This document shows, piece by piece, positions 52,749 through 61,339 of a DNA stretch of 64,000 nucleotides. This stretch comes from Candidatus Wolfebacteria bacterium RIFOXYB1_FULL_54_12 (GTDB taxonomy: Bacteria > Patescibacteriota > Minisyncoccia > UBA6257 > UBA9933), in assembly GCA_001793895.1 (NCBI GenBank), contig MGIT01000001.1:106508-170507 (forward strand), in the 5' to 3' direction. How positions within the stretch are numbered: the stretch's first letter is position 1; each line of letters opens with the position of its first letter. The notes under the pieces are model-generated. The model was not told where the DNA came from and did no database searches. It saw only the letters and a program-made list of their open reading frames with translations. Made by a program: the position numbers and the translations under genes.

Positions 52749-53289
52749 CCCCGGCGGAGCTCGCCACGTGGAAAGTAGAAACTTTCTTTACGTGGGCCGG
52801 AGGAGTCCAGCGTTTTCCGCGATAGCGGTAGCTGGACATTCAGACCCTAACAATGCCGGGAATGACGATGCGAGATTGGGTGTCATCCCCGTCCGTCCGC
52901 CAGCCGGCGGACGGAGGGATCCATGGTTTTTGCAGTAGTAGGGCTGGGATACCCAGACTCTGGATTCCCGTTTTCACGGGAATGACAATACCGAGGTGAC
53001 AAAGCAAGAAAATACTCATACAAAAAGGTTGTGACCCCGGCGGAGCTCGCCACGTGGTCCGCCAATGGCGGATCGGAATGACACCATCCACGCATTGTCA
53101 TGTCGACGCCTACCCGCCTTGGTCGGGAAGGCCGGTATCCGGTGTCTTGCATTGTCATTCCGAGAGTAGCGGAGCGGAGCCAAGGAATCTGTTTTTAGTA
53201 CGGATCCCTGCTCCACCTCCGCCAGCTGGCGGATATGGCGGCACGCGGTCGATTTAATTCCGCTTCGCTATATTGCACTCGGGATGACA
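52749..53289. repeat. About 540-bp non-coding tract built from degenerate GTCAT-hairpin units plus a 23-bp duplicate
   Basis: Units include ccgggaatgac, tgtcatccccgtccgtccgccagccggcggacggagggatcc, ctggattcccgttttcacgggaatgaca, ggatcggaatgaca, tgtcatgtcgacgcc, tgtcattccgagagtagcggagcggagccaaggaatc and ctcgggatgaca. The 23-mer ccccggcggagctcgccacgtgg occurs at 52749 and at 53035. Confidence 0.85.
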
Positions 53290-53397
53290 GAAAGAACTGC
53301 TATCGAATTAGTAAACAATTTGCCGTGTTTATTACCACCGCTTGAATTCGTTTGGTATGCGCGTTAGCTAAGCAATAATTGACTACAGCCAATAAGT

Positions 53398-53470
53398 GTT
53401 CTATACTTGTTCTATATTAGAATAAATACATTGAATACTGCTCACGTTTTATTGTTCTATCTACGTTCTA
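53398..53470 (+). promoter_or_regulatory. Candidate operator: two pairs of GTTCTA direct repeats with 11-bp phasing
   Basis: GTTCTA occurs at 53398, 53409, 53454 and 53465. The TTCTA-TAT-TAGAA palindrome lies at 53410-53422. The start codon is at 53477. Confidence 0.5.
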
Positions 53471-53476
53471 ACATAT

Positions 53477-53938
53477 ATGTCCATAACAAAAACACAAAAA
53501 CAAATATTGGATATCTTTGAAAAAAATGGCGGGGCACTTCCTTCGTTTCGCGAAATAGCCCGTCAGATTGGAGTGTCGTCGACAAACACTGTCTCCTATC
53601 ATATAGAGCGCCTGCGAAAGAATGGCTACCTCGATATCGGACACTCCCCCCAAGGGATGGCAAACCTGTCACTTAAAACGATTCTTGCCTTGGATGCGAA
53701 GCCGGGAGTCTACGTGGTTCTCTGCGCGAACAAACCATTTTATATTGGGTCGTCCACGAACATCCGAAAGGACATTCTTGAAACGGTCATTGGCATAGAC
53801 CGGTCCCCGTTTCCACAGATCGTCGGCAAGCCGGAAGAACTGTCCATTGCCTACCACATCATCGAAAGCGAACCCGAACGGGCCGACCTCAAACAATACC
53901 TGCTCGAATTTTACCAAGCCAAGGGCATCGACATATGA
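53477..53938 (+). CDS. LexA-type winged-HTH domain fused to a GIY-YIG-like module
   Basis: N-terminus: TKTQKQILDIFEKNGGALPSFREIARQIGVSSTNTVSYHIERLRKNGYL. C-terminus: PGVYVVLCANKPFYIGSSTNIRKD. The GVY and YIG motifs are separated by 8 residues and followed by Arg. No S24 peptidase domain is present. Confidence 0.7.
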   Translation: MSITKTQKQILDIFEKNGGALPSFREIARQIGVSSTNTVSYHIERLRKNGYLDIGHSPQGMANLSLKTILALDAKPGVYVVLCANKPFYIGSSTNIRKDILETVIGIDRSPFPQIVGKPEELSIAYHIIESEPERADLKQYLLEFYQAKGIDI

Positions 53939-53943
53939 ACAAT

Positions 53944-53974
53944 AAAACGGTCCGCCAACATGGCGGACCGTTTT
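53944..53974. terminator. Bidirectional terminator between the wHTH gene and mraY
   Basis: The structure is cggtccgcca-aca-tggcggaccg with A and T runs on both sides. Confidence 0.8.
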
Positions 53975-53984
53975 ATTGTTTTTA

Positions 53985-55064
53985 TTAATACAGGAACTTG
54001 CTCAAGAAATACAGAATCAGACCAAGCCCGGAGAAAATCGATGACAACAACCAGAAGCGCATCGTGATCTGGCTCTCGCTCCACCCCAACGCTTCGAAGT
54101 GATGGTGGATCGGAGCGGCGAGAAACACTTTTTTCCCGTGACGCAACTTTTTTGAGGTCAGCTGTATGATGACCGACAACGATTCGATAACGAGCACAAT
54201 GCCGATGATCGGAAGCAGTACGACCGAGTTGGTCAGGAACGCGATCACGGCAAGCACCGCCGTAAGCCCAAGGATGCCCGTCTCGCCCATATAAAACTTT
54301 GCGGGCGGTACATTGTACCACAGGTAGGTCAACATCGCCCCGACAATGATCACGATCAAGGTAACCAGGTCATACAATCCGCGCGAATATGCAATGACGC
54401 CAAAGGATATGAAGATGGGGGTCAACACGCCCGCCGACAATCCATCAAGTCCATCCACGACGCCGCTCGAAAACGTGGCGAGCATCGTCAACACGAACAG
54501 CACCATGTACAATCCGTCGATCTCGATATTGCCATGAAACGGAATGTAAATGCTGCTCCAGCCGAGCTTGAAATGAAACCACCACGCGCCCACGAATGCG
54601 ATCAGACAAACGATGGCCAATCGCCACTTAAAACGAAGGCCTCCGCTGATATAGTTTCCGCTGTTGCGTACCGTCATAATATCGTCGACCAACCCAAGTA
54701 GCGAGGCGGCGATCAACGTGAACAACGGAAGCCATGTCTGCGAACGGCTTAGAAAATTGACTTGTTCGGAAAGCGGGTATGGAAGCACCTGCACCAAAAT
54801 AAGATCGAGTATGGCGATCGCCAATACGGTTCCCCATATCAAAATGCCACCCATGCGCGGCGTGGTAACTTCTTTCTTTGCATGAAACTTCTGAAATATC
54901 GGCGTGGCATAACCGCCGATGGATAATTCCTTTGGCTTCTTTTTCCACGCCTTGTATTTATAAAGAAAATGGATCAGTACCGGGGCAAACAAAATGGCGA
55001 CAAGAAATGATGCCATAAAAAAACTGAGGAACTTTACGATAAGGAATGCGTGTGTCAGATACAT
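53985..55064 (-). CDS. mraY: Phospho-N-acetylmuramoyl-pentapeptide transferase MraY
   Basis: It has ten or so TM helices, GLVDD, and PIHHHFE in the C-terminal region. Confidence 0.92.
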   Translation of the reverse strand: MYLTHAFLIVKFLSFFMASFLVAILFAPVLIHFLYKYKAWKKKPKELSIGGYATPIFQKFHAKKEVTTPRMGGILIWGTVLAIAILDLILVQVLPYPLSEQVNFLSRSQTWLPLFTLIAASLLGLVDDIMTVRNSGNYISGGLRFKWRLAIVCLIAFVGAWWFHFKLGWSSIYIPFHGNIEIDGLYMVLFVLTMLATFSSGVVDGLDGLSAGVLTPIFISFGVIAYSRGLYDLVTLIVIIVGAMLTYLWYNVPPAKFYMGETGILGLTAVLAVIAFLTNSVVLLPIIGIVLVIESLSVIIQLTSKKLRHGKKVFLAAPIHHHFEALGWSESQITMRFWLLSSIFSGLGLILYFLSKFLY

Positions 55065-56008
55065 TTGAGCAGTGTTTTTGTTTCGCCAAATCGATCGGGG
55101 CTCCCCAGGACGATGATCGTGAACGGTTGGCCATTATGCGTAAATACGGAAAGCAGATTTCCATTTCCCTCAGCTTCGACGATGTAGCCTGTCTTTCCTC
55201 CAAGAAATGCAGCCTGTCCGGCAAAATCATTAATGGTGGTAATGACGCGCTTACGATTCGTATTCAGATCGACGATCGTCGCCTTGCGCTGGCTGGAGAT
55301 TTTCAAAATGTCCGGGTGGATCGCATGCAGATACCCCGCCAATTTATACAGATCGCTCGGAGTTGATTGGTTCAAAGGAGACAAGCCCGATGGGTCGACG
55401 TAATGCGTGCTCAGCATACGCAGCTCCTGTGCCTTTACGTTCATGCGCCGAATAAATGCGTCCCTGCCATATGACTGGGCAAACACCTCTGCGGCATCAT
55501 TACTTGAAGACAACAGCATGGCCGCAAGCAGGTCATCTCCCGCAAACGATTCCCCTGTTTTAAAACCGCCGGCATCTCCCTCGGTCTTGACCGCTGCTTC
55601 CGTAACGGTAAAATCCTGATCGTTCATGCCGAGATCGGTTGCAACGATGGCGGTCATCAACTTGGTGATCGATGCGATGGGCCATCGACCTTCCGCTTTC
55701 CGCTCAAAAAAAACTTCGTCACTATTAAGATAGCTCGCCAACCCTTCCCGCATGCCCACGCCAGCCCCGCACTGTTGATCCGAGTCTACCGCAGGAGGAG
55801 GCACAAAAGCACCCTGTGCGGCAAGCTCGGGAGCAACACCTTCGGTAACAATGATTGGCGACCAGTCGGACTCCGAATCGGAAATGCTATCTTTCACGAC
55901 GGCGGTTTGGTCGATAATGTAATGGTTTCCTTCTTCTCCCATTGCCTTGAACACCACTAACGAAAGTGATGCGAAAAGGATAAGGAGTATGATTCGGCTC
56001 TTTCTCAT
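55055..56008 (-). CDS. D-alanyl-D-alanine carboxypeptidase (serine peptidase S11)
   Basis: Motifs seen: SxxK (ASITKLMT), SxN (LSSSND) and KTG (GGKTGYI). An N-terminal signal or anchor is present. Confidence 0.88.
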   Translation of the reverse strand: MRKSRIILLILFASLSLVVFKAMGEEGNHYIIDQTAVVKDSISDSESDWSPIIVTEGVAPELAAQGAFVPPPAVDSDQQCGAGVGMREGLASYLNSDEVFFERKAEGRWPIASITKLMTAIVATDLGMNDQDFTVTEAAVKTEGDAGGFKTGESFAGDDLLAAMLLSSSNDAAEVFAQSYGRDAFIRRMNVKAQELRMLSTHYVDPSGLSPLNQSTPSDLYKLAGYLHAIHPDILKISSQRKATIVDLNTNRKRVITTINDFAGQAAFLGGKTGYIVEAEGNGNLLSVFTHNGQPFTIIVLGSPDRFGETKTLLKCI

Positions 56009-56088
56009 GAAGATTATTTCGGTTCAGGGGAACAAAATGACGCACATTTCACGCTATATTCATTCTACCAAAAGTACCGGGGATAATC

Positions 56089-56112
56089 AAAAGGCCGCAA
56101 AAGTGGCCTTTT
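56089..56112 (-). terminator. Hairpin after scpB
   Basis: The structure is aaggcc-gcaaaagt-ggcctt with T-runs. Confidence 0.55.
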
Positions 56113-56137
56113 CTGAGTTCATAGACAAACAAACACG

Positions 56138-56737
56138 TTATGCTTCGACTTCCGAAGAGATGGCCTTATATTTTTGATAATCAGGGAGATCTTCGATGGA
56201 AGAAACGCCCAGATGCTTAAGCAGGTCGAAGCTGACACGATATGCGACGACATGCGGACTTTGCGGATCGGAGGTCTTTTCAACCAATCCACGCATCAAT
56301 AAATTGCGAACCGAATAAGAAGAATTGACTCCACGCAGATAATCCACCCGCGCACGGGAAATGGGCCCCAAATATGCGATCAACGAAAGTGTTTCAAGTG
56401 CGGCAGGCGTAAGCTTTTCTTCGAACTCATCCTTTACCAAATGCTCCACCATAGAAGCAAACGTCGGCTTGGTGGCCAACTGCACCCGCGATTCTTGACG
56501 CACAAGCATCAAGCCGCGTTCTGCGTGTTCCAAATGTCCGGCAAGCGTGGCAATCGCCTGTTCGACATCCTGCTTTTCCGCCTTAAGCACCGATGATATC
56601 TTTTTGACATCCAACGGATCTCCATGCACGAACAAAAGCGCCTCAAGGGCGGCGACAAGCCCTTCGGCAGGCTCAGGGTAGGACCGCTCGCTTTTGCTCG
56701 AGGCGGACGGATTGGACTGTTCGGGATCAATAGACAT
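56138..56737 (-). CDS. scpB: Segregation and condensation protein B
   Basis: It contains LEALLFVHGDPLDVKKIS and ETLSLIAYLGPISRARVDYLRGVNS. The ATG at 56737 follows aggagg. Confidence 0.88.
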   Translation of the reverse strand: MSIDPEQSNPSASSKSERSYPEPAEGLVAALEALLFVHGDPLDVKKISSVLKAEKQDVEQAIATLAGHLEHAERGLMLVRQESRVQLATKPTFASMVEHLVKDEFEEKLTPAALETLSLIAYLGPISRARVDYLRGVNSSYSVRNLLMRGLVEKTSDPQSPHVVAYRVSFDLLKHLGVSSIEDLPDYQKYKAISSEVEA

Positions 56738-56804
56738 AAGATAATTTCCTCCTTTATGACGATTATAGTACAATTAACGCAAAGAAAAAAGACTTCTCTG
56801 CTCT

Positions 56805-57374
56805 ATGCACGCTCCGCTCACATCTGATTTTTTCAATAGGCCAACTCCCCTTGTCGCCGAAGCGCTCATAGGCAAATTTTTAATCCGTGAATACGACGGG
56901 CATCTTTGGACGCTCATGATAACCGAGGTCGAGGCATATGACGGCCCCGACGACAAGGCATCACATGCACACAAGGGACGCACACCACGTACCGAACCCA
57001 TGTTCGCCCATGCGGGTTCGCTCTATGTCTACCTCGTCTATGGCATGCACTGGATGCTGAACATCGTAACCGGCCCAAAAGATTATCCCGCCGCGATATT
57101 GATCCGGAGCGCACTCATCATGCTTCCGACCGGAGAAATTGAACACATTGACGGCCCGGCAAAACTCACAAAGTTTTTAAGAATAGGAAAGAAATATGAT
57201 GCACTTGAAGCAACGGAACAAAACGGCATTTGGTTCGAAGACCGGGGCATTACCATCCCGCCGGAGCATATCATCCGCAAAAAACGCATCGGCGTAGACT
57301 ATGCCGCAGAATGGAAAGATGCGCTCTACAACTTTAGCATTGCGGTCGTAAAGAATAGGCACCCCGCAGACTGA
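56805..57374 (+). CDS. DNA-3-methyladenine glycosylase (Mpg/AAG family)
   Basis: It contains FFNRPTPLVAEALIGKFL, EVEAYDGPDDKASHA and YGMHWMLNIVTG. Confidence 0.88.
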   Translation: MHAPLTSDFFNRPTPLVAEALIGKFLIREYDGHLWTLMITEVEAYDGPDDKASHAHKGRTPRTEPMFAHAGSLYVYLVYGMHWMLNIVTGPKDYPAAILIRSALIMLPTGEIEHIDGPAKLTKFLRIGKKYDALEATEQNGIWFEDRGITIPPEHIIRKKRIGVDYAAEWKDALYNFSIAVVKNRHPAD

Positions 57375-57383
57375 CCGCCACGA

Positions 57384-59093
57384 TCACGCAAACCGCCTTG
57401 CATCGCCAAGTGCATGCTCCTGTTCTCTCTGCTCCTTCTTAAGATCAGAGAATGTCTTTGCGGTCCAACGCTTTGTCTTTACTACGTCGGCTATCCAATT
57501 GCCGCCCAAAAGATGGGGCATCATGACATAATCGGCACCGGCCCGATACAGGATATCCATATCCGGATATTGCGCCGCATTGGCGACGATCAGGGTCGTT
57601 CCGCCCGATTTACGGATGTGGTTGATCAAGCTGATCTGGTCATCGGTTGATGGCAAGGTCATGACCAGAAGCTTGCCGTTCGCCAATGGAAGATCCTGCA
57701 CAAACTCAATATCGCCGATATCACCAAAAAAAGAAGGGATCTTTTGGCGCCGCAAATGCTTTATGGCGGACGGATCAAAATCCACTACTGCAAATTTCAC
57801 GCGCATATCCTGCAATGCTTCGCAGACCCTGCGCCCGATGCGATGATAGCCGACGACCCATGCGTCGTACATGACAGGAACTTGATTGTCCTGCCGATGC
57901 TTATCTTTTCCGAACAAATTAAATACCGGCAATAGGACGTTATAGATCCGCTCGCTGTAGGTAATAAGATAGGAAGAAATGAAGATGGTCGAAAGCGCCA
58001 CGATTGTAAAAATAGGCAGCTCCGTGCCGGAAAGATGCCCCATTTGTTCGCCCGTAAACAAAATGACAAATCCGAATTCACTGACCTGAGCGGCCGTCAC
58101 CCCTGCCAAAAAACTATTTCGCCGGGTAAACTTAAGGCTTCTAAAAAGCAGGTAGAGCACAAGTGGATTGCCGATCAAAATAAATAGGGAAAGAATTACG
58201 CCGGGGAACCAAATCGAAGCAACGCTTGCAAATGCCATTTTACTGCCCAATACCACAAAGAACAGTACAAGGAAAAAATCCCGCAACGGCTTGATGCGAC
58301 TCCCTATTTCCGGCTGATACGGCGACGATCCAAGCGAAAGGCCGGCGGCTATCGCCCCAAGCTCGACGGAAAATCCGGAAAGGTAAATGAGGCTCGAAAT
58401 GCCAAAACACCACGTGATCGTAAATATGAAAAGCAATTCGCTCGAATAGGATACCTTGTCCAATATTCTTGGCAGGAGATATTTTGAGGCAGCCACGACA
58501 AGGGTGATTATCAGGAAAATCTTTACGATAAGCATTCCCAATGAATCCATGATCGCTCCTTCATATTTTAAAATGCCTATTGCGACCAAAATGAGTACCG
58601 CAATGATATCTTGGACCAGCATGAGTCCGATCGTATATTTTCCATAAATGGTCTCCGTATCTTTTTTGTCCGTCAAAAACTTCATGATGATAATGGTGCT
58701 GGAAAATGTCATCGCCGCCGCCAAATAGATCGATGCCGTTACGGACATGCCCATTGCCAACAAAATAAGGGCGCCAATGACACCCGTAAATACGACTTGC
58801 CCCGCACCGGTAATAAAAGAGACTCTGCCGATGCTCTTTAGATGGTTGAAGTTCAGGTTGAGTCCGATGACAAAAAGTAGCAGCACCACGCCAAACTGGG
58901 CGAACACCTCATACAGATCCTTCCCGCCATGCAGCAGGTTAAAGAACATCGGCCCCGCTATGATGCCGGCTACGATATATGCAATGATCAACGGCTGTTT
59001 TAATAACCGCACCAAAAAAGCGATGGACACGGTCAGCGCAAGCAACGTGCTTAGTTGTAAGAAAATATTTCCTTCCATACCATTAAAACTCAC
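57384..59093 (-). CDS. CPA2-type cation:proton antiporter with a C-terminal RCK/TrkA-N domain
   Basis: It has about 12 TM helices. The Rossmann-like segment is AWVVGYHRIGRRVCEAL. Confidence 0.85.
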   Translation of the reverse strand: MSFNGMEGNIFLQLSTLLALTVSIAFLVRLLKQPLIIAYIVAGIIAGPMFFNLLHGGKDLYEVFAQFGVVLLLFVIGLNLNFNHLKSIGRVSFITGAGQVVFTGVIGALILLAMGMSVTASIYLAAAMTFSSTIIIMKFLTDKKDTETIYGKYTIGLMLVQDIIAVLILVAIGILKYEGAIMDSLGMLIVKIFLIITLVVAASKYLLPRILDKVSYSSELLFIFTITWCFGISSLIYLSGFSVELGAIAAGLSLGSSPYQPEIGSRIKPLRDFFLVLFFVVLGSKMAFASVASIWFPGVILSLFILIGNPLVLYLLFRSLKFTRRNSFLAGVTAAQVSEFGFVILFTGEQMGHLSGTELPIFTIVALSTIFISSYLITYSERIYNVLLPVFNLFGKDKHRQDNQVPVMYDAWVVGYHRIGRRVCEALQDMRVKFAVVDFDPSAIKHLRRQKIPSFFGDIGDIEFVQDLPLANGKLLVMTLPSTDDQISLINHIRKSGGTTLIVANAAQYPDMDILYRAGADYVMMPHLLGGNWIADVVKTKRWTAKTFSDLKKEQREQEHALGDARRFA

Positions 59094-59154
59094 TCCATTC
59101 TATCATACCTAACACCCTTTTAAAAACAGGCTCGCACGTGCTTCAGGAGGATTC

Positions 59155-60033
59155 TTATCGGTAATATGCCCTGTTTTCCGACCGCAGATCGACATATCCG
59201 AGCTTGCTCCAACTGCCCGATCGTTTTATGGCCTCAATGGCACTCAGCGCAAAATCAGGGTCTGTGTGGAGCGAGAAATAAAGCGTGGGGTCCGAAACGG
59301 AATCGGCAGACGCCTCCTCGAGCGCAAGATCGCGAATGGATACTGTTTTCGTATTGATGTCGGCAGCTTCCAAAAGAGCAAAGATCTTGACCAAATTGAC
59401 GAACAGGCGATCGGAAAGTATCTTATCGCGCAATTCAAGCGCGCGCCCCGTAGAATCATGCACCCGATTGAACAACTCGCTTTGTACATGCGGCGCCTTG
59501 GCAAACAAAACGCCATCGCGATCAAACCAATAACATTCATCTGCATGGTCATTGGCGGCAATACCGCTATCGATCGCGGTCGCACCGCCATCATCCTCGA
59601 TCGGCTGAGTAACGCCCTCGCTTCCCGCTCCGCACCATACGCCAAATTTTTCACGCACATCAATGGTGATTCTTATCGCGCGACGTACGGGGTCCTTTTG
59701 CAAGCGCAATGTCTTGAATTGCGGATTCGCAGCAAGAAACTCCTCCATATCGGAACTCCACGCAAGCATGTTATCCGCTCCCAAAAATCGGAATGCCAAC
59801 GAATGCGCACGGGAAAACACTTCCATGTCGCGAAGCACCTGCTCGCCGTAAATAGCCGGTACACCGGAAACCTCCTTGGCACGAACCGTAAAAAGTCCCG
59901 ATTGCTTTACGGCAAGCAGCGCCAATCCGACCAATAACAAAAAAACAACACCGGCAACGGCGATGAAATATTTTTTACGTGCATCCCGTTTGTCGCGCTT
60001 TTTGCGCAGATCGGTAGGCCGCCGAATGTTCAT
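59155..60033 (-). CDS. FtsQ/DivIB-like cell-division protein (POTRA domain)
   Basis: It has a basic N-terminus, one TM helix and then FTVRAKEVSGV. The ATG at 60033 is preferred. Confidence 0.65.
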   Translation of the reverse strand: MNIRRPTDLRKKRDKRDARKKYFIAVAGVVFLLLVGLALLAVKQSGLFTVRAKEVSGVPAIYGEQVLRDMEVFSRAHSLAFRFLGADNMLAWSSDMEEFLAANPQFKTLRLQKDPVRRAIRITIDVREKFGVWCGAGSEGVTQPIEDDGGATAIDSGIAANDHADECYWFDRDGVLFAKAPHVQSELFNRVHDSTGRALELRDKILSDRLFVNLVKIFALLEAADINTKTVSIRDLALEEASADSVSDPTLYFSLHTDPDFALSAIEAIKRSGSWSKLGYVDLRSENRAYYR

Positions 60034-60114
60034 ACGATACAGTATAGCATGCATTGTTATTCCAGTGAACGCATGAATGACACGCTCACATGCTTCATGG
60101 TACAATAGAATCAT

Positions 60115-61170
60115 ATGGAACATACGGATAGCTTTGTATCGGTCGTCAGAAAGGCACTACCCGCCACGGTAACGATCGTCGTATCGAAAAAATTTGGTGA
60201 AATAGAAAAAGAGGCAACGGAACAGTACCCGGATATCCCGTTGTGGCTCAAGCGACGCGAGCTCGGATTTTTGAAGCAGCAAACGGATAAGCGCGGCATG
60301 TTGAAGGTCGGGAATGGATCGGGGTTCATCATCGATCCGTCGGGAATCGTGGTCAGTAATCGGCACATCGTAAGCGATGTGAAAAACGCCTACACCGTCA
60401 TCACCAATGACGGACAAAAATATCAGGCAAAAATACTTGCACGCGACCCGTTGAGTGATATCGCCATCTTGAAGATCGACAATGGGGCTACATTCCCCTT
60501 TCTCTCCTTGGGCGACTCGGCACACCTTGAGCTGGGCGAACCCGTCATAACCGTAGGCAATGCGCTTGGCATGTTCCAAAACACCGTTTCCAAAGGAATC
60601 ATTTCCGGCCTCTCCCGGGCGATCACTGCGCAAATAGACGCACGTTCCCCCATTCAAGAGATCCACGGACTCATTCAAACCGATGCGGCGATCAACCCGG
60701 GTAACTCGGGAGGTCCGCTGATAAACAGCGCCGGAAAGGTCATCGGCATCAACGTAGCCATCATACAAGGCGCGCAAAACATCGGTTTTGCATTACCGAT
60801 CAACACGCTCAAAAGGGATCTTATCGATCTACAGCACTATGGCCGCATTCGCCAACCGTTTCTCGGAGTGCACTACGTTACGGTCACGGAAAACATGCAA
60901 GATAAATTAAAACTCCCCGCCGATCATGGCGCGCTTGTAGTAAGTCCGAGCCCCTACATGAAGAGCGTCATCGATAAAAGCCCCGCGGCCATTGCCGGAC
61001 TCAAAGAACACGACCTAATCGTAGAGTGCAATAAGGAGCTGATCAGCGGCGAAAAACCACTCGGCGAGCTGCTCGAGAAATACGAGGTGGGAGACACCAT
61101 TCATCTCACGGTATTGCGCAAAAACCGCACGCTTTCCCTGTCCGCAAAATTGACGGAGAAAAATGGCTGA
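60115..61170 (+). CDS. HtrA/DegP-family serine protease with a PDZ domain
   Basis: The catalytic triad context is NRHIV, DIAILK and NPGNSGGPL. A C-terminal PDZ domain is present. Confidence 0.9.
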   Translation: MEHTDSFVSVVRKALPATVTIVVSKKFGEIEKEATEQYPDIPLWLKRRELGFLKQQTDKRGMLKVGNGSGFIIDPSGIVVSNRHIVSDVKNAYTVITNDGQKYQAKILARDPLSDIAILKIDNGATFPFLSLGDSAHLELGEPVITVGNALGMFQNTVSKGIISGLSRAITAQIDARSPIQEIHGLIQTDAAINPGNSGGPLINSAGKVIGINVAIIQGAQNIGFALPINTLKRDLIDLQHYGRIRQPFLGVHYVTVTENMQDKLKLPADHGALVVSPSPYMKSVIDKSPAAIAGLKEHDLIVECNKELISGEKPLGELLEKYEVGDTIHLTVLRKNRTLSLSAKLTEKNG

Positions 61171-61173
61171 CGC

Positions 61174-61205
61174 AAAAAACAGCGACGAGAGTCGCTGTTT
61201 TTTTA
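61174..61205. terminator. Bidirectional terminator
   Basis: The structure is aacagcgac-gaga-gtcgctgtt with flanking A and T runs. Confidence 0.8.
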
Positions 61206-61216
61206 TGCAAAGGCGA

Positions 61217-61339
61217 TCATTCAAACAATCCCCGCACCACAGGGACGACGCCCGCAAGCTCGGCGAAATGCCGGACAACATACAGCGCGACACCCGCAAT
61301 GATGATCCACGCGATGATCGTACCAAGATATTTCGTCAT
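61217..61339 (-). CDS. Possible 40-aa single-TM peptide overlapping the leuS stop (ATGA)
   Basis: Own translation gives MTKYLGTIIAWIIIAGVALYVVRHFAELAGVVPVVRGLFE. It is below the ORF-track size cut-off. Confidence 0.35.
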   Translation of the reverse strand: MTKYLGTIIAWIIIAGVALYVVRHFAELAGVVPVVRGLFE

